Shown: piece by piece, positions 54,841 to 64,000 of the stretch
How positions within the stretch are numbered: position 1 is the stretch's first letter
Layout: every line of letters starts with the position of its first letter
Source of the DNA: Macrostomum lignano
Taxonomy: Eukaryota
Direction of reading: 5' to 3'
Length of the DNA stretch: 64,000 bases
Assembly (NCBI GenBank): GCA_002269645.1
Contig: NIVC01000127.1
Location: forward strand, 186,001 to 250,000
Translations under genes and position numbers: made by a program
Notes under the pieces: model-generated
Databases searched by the model: none
What the model saw: the letters and a program-made list of their open reading frames with translations, nothing else
Told to the model about the DNA's origin: nothing

Positions 54841-57800
54841 TTTTCAATTTTTCATTGGCTTACATTAGCTAATATCAGTTTTCATCAAAAATACTAGACT
54901 ATTTAGCATGATCCCATTTAAATCTTTTCATATTTCTAAATCAATTGTTTTATGCACTTAATTAAAATGAATTCCTAATTCATTATATATTACTATTGTC
55001 TATAACTATTGCAAATAGGCAAAGATAAATTGCCATTTTGGACATAGATAAGCAAAGACTAGTAAATTCATTTGTTAGAAACAGTTAGAAACTTAAGTTC
55101 TTGACTTAAGAATCATTGTTTAAGCAGACTAGTCATATTTGAGCTTTAAAGTATAATAAATAATTAGAAATTGACCAGTAACTAAGCATAGCAATGACAT
55201 GATTAATACCTTTATTAAATTTATTGTTGATATATCTATTGCCATGCTAAATTACTCGTACATATAGCAGTTTCTTAGGGTCATGAAAAAAAAATTTTAT
55301 GACTATATTTATTTACAATTACATGTCTTTTTTGTTTTTTTTAATTTCATATCATTTTTTCATGTCTTTTTCTAGCTTCTTCATTTCATTATCTTTATCT
55401 TTTATTTACATATATGTCTAATCTCCCTGATTTACATTAGCTGTGCTTACTTACTTCCTGACTTATCTAATATAATTTTGGGTGAATGGTATGAGTAGGC
55501 CTAACTATAACTATATTGTTAAGACTAAATGCCTTGTCATCTAATTAGTACTAATTAGTATCTATAGTCGAGACTAGAGGTAATTAAACAAAGATAATTT
55601 ATTGCATATATTATAGACTATTAGAGCCTATACTCTACTCTAAAAAACATTATTTATGCCAGTGCCAGCATGCATTTGGCTTGCTTGATGAGCATTAGGT
55701 TCTAGCATATTTTCTAGCATGCACTCAAGATGATCCTAGGTATAGAGTATTGACAAAAATACTTATAATACTCTAGCTATATACTTTATATCATTGAATA
55801 TAATCATTTTCTAGTTATTTTTAGAGTAATTTTGTTGTTTGCTGATGTTTATAGGGCCTAGTTGATTACAAAACAAATGGTTTTCAAAAAGTTTATTGAC
55901 AAACTTTTTATTTTTAATTAAAATAAAAAACTGCACAGTATATTAACTTATATATAGTTGACAATACAATTATTTGTTTTTGTTGGTTATGGATATCTTG
56001 GCAAAATATAATAAATGCCAATTTTAATTTACAAAAGTATAAAGTTTTAAAATCAAATTTATTGCATCGTTCTTTCGAAAAAAATTTATTCACTTTTTAT
56101 TACTTGCAGTTGAAAAGGCTCTACTTATTATACTATATGTTTACAATTTATTAAAGGACTATTAAAAAATTAAATTAAAAAAAATTTAAATGTCAACCGG
56201 CTGACCGGCTGATTTTTCAAGCTTAAATCTGTGGCTCAGAGTCTACGTATTGCTTAATCGAACCCTAAACAAATTCTATAAACAGGATACTACTTTAAAA
56301 GTATTTTTAGGAACTAAACACAAAACTATGGTATATACATGGTATTCCACTGAATTATCTCTGCATGACTTTGTTAAAATAAAAAACATTAAAGTGCAAT
56401 GATCGTGATTCTTTGCTGTTACGAAATTGTGTATTATAACGTTATATCAATTTATATTAACTCATTGTGCACAAAATAAAAAAACTTGCATGCTTAAATC
56501 AAGAAATCCGTCGTTACTTTCTTCTGTTTTATTATGATATCAAACAAAAATTTTGTTGTGTTAAGAATAGTATGCTTGCTGCATACTCTACTATTACTGT
56601 GTCATAAAGTAATATGTAATTCTGTTGTTGGCATTCTGTTGTGGCTCCGGCTTTTTATGATGATCCCCTGATGATTTTTTACGGCCTAGGATTAACTTAT
56701 ACCAATTACAGCCTAATTTTGCTGAATAAACTTTGTAGCGCAAAAATGTTTGCACTGATCGAGTCTGAGGATGATCGACCAATTTTGGATGGAGTAGTTA
56801 GAAATGCAGTACCTATATTTGAATGTACAAATATTTGGGCAAGTACGGAGTTAGTTTCTAAAGACGCCTTGGAACATTGACAGAATAGTGCAGTGGATTT
56901 TCTTCATGTGCTTCAATAGCTGCTGGAGCTCTGCTTGTCCAACAATTCTGACACTTACGAACCCGCGTATTGCATTTGCGTTTTTTAACTTTTTATTTTC
57001 ATATACTATACTAGCCTCCCGAGTAGTAGTTTAGTAAGTAGTTTAAATTGATATTTAGTTTTTGCCGGAACCGAATGGTACATGTATATAATTTATGAGT
57101 CGATTATATAATCATCATATAATCTTTAATCATGCATTTTTAGATTTTCATGTACACATGTAGTATTACCCTGGGGTTGTTACATAATTAGATTAGTTCT
57201 AGCATCATTATTATGCGCATATCGGTTTAATGCAAATATTTCTTGAACTACATAAAATTTTTACCATTTACCTTTCTGGGTAAGCTCAGCTGCGAGTCTG
57301 TGCACATGGTATGCATGTATAAATGTTGTAAGTTAAATTAATAATCCATGCAGTAAATTTGGTTGAAAAATCGTTGATTTCAATTTGAAACTCTCACAGC
57401 GTAACTAGCTCAAAAGGCCACTACATGTATAATTCGTACAAAATGAGAGTGATATATTATAGCTAGCTACTAGCAGTAGAAGATACTGTACAGTAGTAGT
57501 GTACAGAAGATACAGAAGCACAAAGATGAGACGGAAGCGCTGCGACAGCATCGACCCAAGCAGCCTTATCTGCAGAATAAACTGACTTTGACAGGAAAGA
57601 AACCCGCGAGGGCCTTGAGAGCTATAGCTTGAGCGCTCTTGAAAGCATCGGAAATGAACCAATATCCGAATTTGCCCTTTTCCCGCATTCCCGCACCGTC
57701 AGATGGGGCTGGGCAACCTGTGCCCCTCGTCCCTACCCATGCAATCAATACATGGCTGATAAAAGTGCAACGAGTTATACTAGAAACAGACGTTCAGAGC

Positions 57801-58094
57801 TGAGAATTAAGACATTGTCTAACCCTAGAAGGCTGTGCCAGCAGGTTCAGATTTACGCTCGTATAGCGTATAGCGATATCTTATGACATGCTTTCCCCTC
57901 TGTTGTGAACTCTATTCATAGGCTGCTTTGCACTCTTTAATTAACTCGCGTGTTCGTCCATCATCAGTTACCGTAGCGATCGCTCCCTGAGACTGCTTGG
58001 ACATTCTCCCTGTGATCCGCTTCCTCTACTCTTCAGACTTTCCTCAGAAAATCAAACTGTAGTTATGCGTCTTCCTCTCCTCCACCTTTTTACT

Positions 58095-58565
58095 CTTCCC
58101 TACAGTCTCCCTCTCCCCTATCTTTTCACTCTCCTCTACAGTCTCCCTTTTCACTATCTTCTCACCAAGGACTACTAGACGAAGACTACTAGACTATAAA
58201 GAAGCGTTCTTAGAGATCCTTGCTTCTCACTCTCTCCTACCGTCTCCCTCTCCCCTACCGTCTCCTTCTCCCCTACCGTCTCCTTCTCCCCTACCGTCTC
58301 CTTCTCCCCTACCGTCTCCTTCTTCCCTACCGTCTCCTTCTCCCCTACCGTCTCCTCCCCTACCGTCTCACTCTCTCCTACAGTCTCACTCTCCCCTACC
58401 GTCTCCTTCTCCCCTACCGTCTCACTCTCCCCTACCGTCTCACTCTCCCCTACAGTCTCACTATCCTCTACAGTCTCACTCTCCCCTACCTTCTCACTCT
58501 CCCCTAACGTCTCACTCTCCCCTAACGTCTCACTCTCCCCTACCGTCTCACTCTCCCCTACCGCC
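58095..58565. repeat. Pyrimidine-rich 18-bp minisatellite
   Basis: CTCTCCCCTACCGTCTC(A/C) repeated. Confidence 0.92.
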
Positions 58566-59493
58566 TCACCACGGCATGGCTCACTCTCCCTCCCATTCTA
58601 GCTCTCCTCTCGCCCGCTCTTTACTCACATTTTCTTCATACTGGCTCAAATCTGTGGACCTGCAGCACTCTGTTTCTGCATAGCATGCAGTCAACTCTAA
58701 ATACTACAAATATCTATGGCCAGACCCGTCTCACAGGCACCCGATGTCTTGAGAATGGAAGCTGTATGAAACCGCTCCTGTCTCATTCCAGATCTTTGCT
58801 ACAGTTTCACTGCAAGCAGGCATTTTGCTTGTCTTTCCTAACTAGTTGCAGCACCCGCTACGTACCATAACTACGAGCGTATGGCCTGAATTATTATTAT
58901 TTCCTCCAGAAAGACCTCCAGGGGTGGCGCCGCAGCGACCCTGGCAGTCCAACTGGAGATAAAGCGATTTGCGGCCTTGAACTGCATTGCACCAAAAATT
59001 TAATCAGTACGTGTGTCAAAAAATATAAGCAAATTAGCGAATTTGCGAATTGACCAGAAGTAAATAAGTGACTCTGAACTGCTGGTTCCAGTTTTTAAAA
59101 TGACATTTCAATGAGAAGAGAATACGTCAATATGGCGTACATTTTATGGCATTCCTGACATTGATGATGCATCAGCTCTAGCGAATCTCTTTAACAAGAC
59201 ATGAGTCCAGTTTCTTCTGCCCCATGGGACACAGCTGCTCTGCATGGCTCGAGATGCAACTTGCCTAAATGTCCACAAAGTCCTTTGATCAAAGATTTGA
59301 GACTGCATGTCTTTTGCTAAGCAAGTCAATTTGCCTTTCAAATGAGCAGGTATAGAAAAGCAATTTTAATAGCATACGAGACACCGAAAATCCTTGCTGT
59401 GCATGTATGTCCTTCAATACTTGAAATGGGAGCTCAGACATGACTGTTGCGGTGTCAGGCTCTGACACTGTCACTGTCACAATGAAGCAGTGT

Positions 59494-61758
59494 CACATCT
59501 GACACAGTCTGCTTGTCTCTGACACAGGGCGCCTGCCTGCATCTGACACAGTCTGCTTGTCTCTGACACAGGGTGCCTGCCTACATCTGACACAGTCTGC
59601 TTGTCTCTGACACAGGGCGCCTGCCTACATCTGACACAGTCTGCTTGTCTCTGACACAGGGCACCTGCCTGCATCTAACACAGTCTGCTTGTCTCTGACA
59701 CACGGCGCCTGCCTACATCTGACACAGTCTGCTTGTCTCTGACACAGGGCGCCTGCCTGCATCTGACACAGTCTGCTTGTCTCTGACGCGGGGCGCCTGC
59801 CTGCATCTGGCACAGTCTGCTTGTCTCTGACAGGGTGGCTGCATCTGACACAGTCTGCTTGTCTCTGACAGGGTGCCTGCATCTGACACAGTCTGCTTGT
59901 CTCTGACAGGGTGCCTGCATCTGACACCGTCTGCTTGTCTCTGACAGGGTGCCTGCATCTGACACAGTCTGCTTGTCTCTGACAGGGTGCCTGCATCTGA
60001 CACAGTCTGCTTGTCTCTGACAGGGTGCCTGCATCTGACACAGTCTGCTTGTCTCTGACAGGGTGCCTGCATCTGACACAGTCTGCTTGTCTGTGACACA
60101 GGGCGCCTGCCTGCATCTGACACAGTCTGCTTGTCTCTGACACAGGGCGCCTGCCTGCATCTGACACAGTCTGCTTGTCTCTGACGCGGGGCGCCTACCT
60201 GCATCTGACACAGTCTGATTGTCTCTGACGCGGGGCGCCTACCTGCATCTGACACAGTCTGATTGTCTCTGACACGGGGCGCCTGCCTGCATCTGACACA
60301 GTCTGCTTGTCTCTGACACGGGGCGCCTGCCTGCATCTGGCACAGTCTGCTTGTCTCTGACACAGGGCGCCTGCCTACATCTGGCACAGTCTGCTTGTCT
60401 CTGACAGGGTGCCTGCATCTGACACAGTCTGCTTGTCTCTGACACAGGGCGCCTGCCTGCATCTGACACAGTCTGCTTGTCTCTGACAGGGTGTCTGCCT
60501 GCATCTGACACAGTCTGCTTGTCTCTGACACGGGGCGCCTGCCTGCATCTGGCACAGTCTGCTTGTCTCTGACACAGGGCGCCTGCCTACATCTGGCACA
60601 GTCTGCTTGTCTCTGACAGGGTGCCTGCATCTGACACAGTCTGCTTGTCTCTGACACAGGGCGCCTGCCTACATCTGGCACAGTCTGCTTGTCTCTGACA
60701 GGGTGCCTGCATCTGACACAGTCTGCTTGTCTCTGACACAGGGCGCCTGCCTACATCTGACACAGTCTGCTTGTCTCTGACACAGGGCGCCTGCCTGCAT
60801 CTGACACAGTCTGCTTGTCTCTGACACGGGGCGCCTACCTGCATCTGGCACAGTCTGCTTGTCTCTGACACAGGGCGCCTGCCTGCATCTGACACAATCT
60901 GCTTGTCTCTGACACAGGGCGCCTGCCTACATCTGACACAGTCTGCTTGTCTCTGACACAGGGCGCCTGCCTGCATCTGACACAGTCTGCTTGTCTCTGA
61001 CACGGGGCGCCTACCTGCATCTGGCACAGTCTGCTTGTCTCTGACACAGGGCGCCTGCCTACATCTGACACAGTCTGCTTGTCTCTGACACAGGGCGCCT
61101 GCCTGCATCTGACACAGTCTGCTTGTCTCTGACACAGGGCGCCTGCCTACATCTGACACAGTCTGCTTGTCTCTGACAGGGTGCCTGCATCTGACACAGT
61201 CTGCGTGTCTGTGACACAGGGCGCCTGCCTACATCTGGCACAGTCTGCTTGTCTCTGACACAGGGCGCCTGCCTACATCTGACACAGTCTGCTTGTCTCT
61301 GACACGGAGCGCCTGCCTACATCTGGCACAGTCTGCTTGTCTCTGACACAGGGCGCCTGCCTGCATCTGACACAGTCTGCTTGTCTCTGACGCGGGGCGC
61401 CTGCCTGCATCTGGCACAGTCTGCTTGTCTCTGACAGGGTGCCTGCATCTGACACAGTCTGCTTGTCTCTGACAGGGTGCCTGCATCTGACACAGTCTGC
61501 TTGTCTCTGACAGGGTGCCTGCATCTGACACAGTCTGCTTGTCTCTGACAGGGTGCCTGCATCTGACACAGTCTGCTTGTCTCTGACAGGGTGCCTGCAT
61601 CTGACACAGTCTGCTTGTCTCTGACACAGGGCGCCTGCCTGCATCTGACACAGTCTGCTTGTCTCTGACACAGGGCGCCTGCCTACATCTGACAGTCTAT
61701 TTGTCTCTGACACAGGGCGCCTGCCTGCATCTGACACAGTCTATTTGTCTCTGACACA
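59494..61758. repeat. Minisatellite, 44-bp and 38-bp variant units, >50 copies
   Basis: GCCTGCCTGCATCTGACACAGTCTGCTTGTCTCTGACACAGGGC interspersed with runs of the 38-bp deletion variant. Confidence 0.97.
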
Positions 61759-62120
61759 AAAGCTATTCAATAAGGTGCACCGATAGCTTCCCACTCAATC
61801 AACAACACTCAATCAATCAGCAACAACAACTTCTACATTTTGCCAACCAATCCATGCAGTATGTCTCTGGCCCACGACACTCAGAAAGTTTTTACAATAT
61901 TAAACTACGGCTTGTAGAACACAAAGCAAGTGTGACGACCCCACCACCCAGCCTGCTGCACCCAATTCTTATGCACTACTTGATTTGAGAGTTGGCTGGC
62001 TGTGCATGAACCGTGAACGTGGAAGATTGAAAACGGAATGAGGCCGGTTTTCCAGCGAATCCCCCAATGACTCAGCCAACACCACCCCAACGCCCCAATG
62101 TCAAGCCAGCGCACTGCATG

Positions 62121-62203
62121 AGCCAATAAGCGGCCAGGCGGCCTTAAAACCGGTTTCGGGAAATCCCCTGCCAGCCCCTGCATTTCTACAGTGTATATAA
62201 AAG
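62121..62203 (+). promoter_or_regulatory. Candidate Pol II core promoter of glutamine synthetase (CCAAT plus TATA)
   Basis: AGCCAATAAG at 62121 and TATATAAAAG at 62194, ~110 bp upstream of the ATG. Confidence 0.6.
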
Positions 62204-62310
62204 CAAAAGCATAAGTAGAAAACCCGCAAATCTGATCATAGGCCCGGACTTTGCTGCAACTGAACGTTTGAAGTTGATATCTTTCACCAAAAACAGGCCA
62301 GACCATAGAC

Positions 62311-62565
62311 ATGCTGGGCATTACGCAGACAACGAATAAAACTACTCTTCTGGTGAGTCGCGATAGGTTTTATCGAACCATATTACTAACATGGACGTTG
62401 TTAGACAGCTAATAATACTTTTTAACTAATTCTAACAACAGAGGTACTTGGCGCTGCCACAGCCGGAGGACAAGGTCCAGTGCATGTACATCTGGATTGA
62501 CGGTACCGGAGAGAATTTGAGAGCAAAAACGCGCACAGTTGATTTTGTACCGAAACAGGCGACAG
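62311..62565 (+). CDS. GLUL: Glutamine synthetase (type II), exons 1-2 (62311-62352, 62442-62565); rest of gene presumably beyond the window
   Basis: Spliced [52 protein letters not shown] matches the GS-II N-terminus ([22 protein letters not shown]); GT-AG introns. Confidence 0.92.
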
Positions 62566-62699
62566 GTGAGCAAAATCAAAAATGGAGTTCTCGTCTTTGT
62601 TTTTAGTTCAAAATTCTGGCCGAACTTTAATGAAATTACAGGCATGACCCCGAGCTCCATTAAGCTGCGCCATTTCCACTTCAATTTTATTGCGACCAC

Positions 62700-62910
62700 T
62701 TTTCCCAGGGGGGTCAGCTGACCCCGTTTGACACCCCTGACGGCTGGCTCCGCCATTGAGTAAAGTTCTGCTCTCCCTTCCATCTTGCCGCATAAAAAAA
62801 ACAGTTCAATTCTTTTTTTCTGAAAATTTTCAAGAGAATCTCAATTCTCGAATCTCTGAATTTCTCAGGGGGTCAGGTGACCTTTTTTGACCCCTAAAAT
62901 CTGCCGTTGC
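62700..62910. mobile_element. Degenerate hAT-like MITE ends in GS intron 2
   Basis: GGGGTCAGCTGACCCC-type hairpins followed by CTGGCTCCGCCATTG and AAATCTGCCGTTG, resembling CAGTGGCGG-type TIR ends. Confidence 0.35.
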
Positions 62911-64000
62911 CTTGATAATTATCTTTATTCGTAGATCATGGGGTAAATTTTTCGTCTCCTATGTGGTTGCTTGTCATTTTTTGTATCTTATAGAGTGCAA
63001 GGTACTGACTGATTATAATCTTGATTAAGTGAACTTTGCGATAATGAAAACAATTTTCCTTCACAAACATTCTCTGTGAAAATTTTAGCCTGTACTCCTT
63101 TGCATTTCGGTTGAATTAAAACTGAATTATCACTGCACGGGTCGCTTGCGTGCTCCACAGCTGACTGGCTATGTACATTGTCAATGTACGGGGCCTCGTG
63201 TCAGTTAATACAAGGGAAAGAAAGGGTTGACTGGGACTGACTTCGGGCTGAAGTGGCAGGCCCCCACCCCCTCCCTAGCGGACTTGTACAGTAAGTAGCG
63301 ATAAGTAGCGATGAGAAAGCCCTCCTGAGGGGCGGGGGTGAAATAGCTCGGGTTTCCTAACTGTCACGCGTTGTCCGCGTGACCAACAAAATTACCGGAC
63401 TAAGCTGGTTCCACCCCGTGCGAGCCCCGTCAAGGCGAGGCGACCTGCCTTTTCAAAATCTTGATTCCTATGGCATGGGTCTATTTATTTCTAAGATACA
63501 CTCAGCAATATGAAAAAATTCCACCCAGGATCATCAGTGTCCACTTTTTCTAAGATCTCGGTCCAACGTCCAATTGTGACGAAATTCACACCACGACTGC
63601 CGGTGCTTGTCTCGACTGAATGCAAATTGCGTCACCACTCTCACCAGGCCCTAGCTTAGGCTGGTGAGGAGGGGTATGGGATTTACGAATCCCATCTCGT
63701 ATGAGAAGTTATGGTTAGAGTTGGACTTAAGTTGCAAGTTGTTGACAACTGCATGGTTTCGTGGTATGATTAAAGACCTCATTCTCAGCATGCAGCATAG
63801 GGGTGGTGACAGAACTACTTTAAGCAGTCCCTACCTTCAAAACTCCTTGGCCGTAGTTTGGATTAGAACAGTGGGACCTTGCTATCGGACCACAACCCAA
63901 GCTACCAATTCTCCATCTAGGGCGGGTGCCCCTGAGAGGGTGATGGCTGATCCCCATGTCTGATCTGAGCTAGCAGAAGTGCCTGGCAAGACTTTTAGAC

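Noticed and set aside
57290-57900. GC-richer island considered as a possible snRNA or SL RNA gene
   Set aside because: No recognisable SL exon, donor/Sm-site arrangement or known snRNA motif
59477-61737. Cys/Arg-rich ORFs (CQRQADCVRC)
   Set aside because: Translations of the 44/38-bp satellite

Overview
Eukaryotic (animal) genomic DNA. The GC-rich exons, minisatellite-packed introns and lineage-expanded GPCRs suggest a flatworm such as Macrostomum (inference, not verified). Left to right: (1) 1-19 kb, a cluster of three intact intronless rhodopsin-class 7TM receptor genes plus one MITE-truncated pseudogene, interspersed with minisatellites, a tRNA-derived SINE and a decayed Ngaro/DIRS tyrosine-recombinase retrotransposon. 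(2) 20-27 kb, a composite block bounded by ~595-bp direct repeats, holding an orphan ORF, a 61-bp minisatellite and a Gypsy remnant with gag and integrase but no PR/RT/RNaseH. (3) 29.5-33.1 kb, single-coding-exon PEX13 and RAB28 in tandem. (4) 34.5-34.9 kb, a ~320-bp palindrome with a hammerhead-ribozyme motif on each strand. (5) 36.8-54.0 kb, a 13-exon phosphorylase kinase alpha subunit gene (minus strand), most of whose large introns hold a different minisatellite. (6) 62.3 kb onward, the first two exons of glutamine synthetase. The best leads are segmental gene conversion that homogenises TM2-TM4 of otherwise divergent GPCR paralogs, the two-polarity hammerhead palindrome, and two conserved genes (PEX13, PHKA) whose reading frames begin at phase-0 splice acceptors with no ATG, consistent with a spliced-leader-donated start codon. 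All coordinates and alignments were read by eye.
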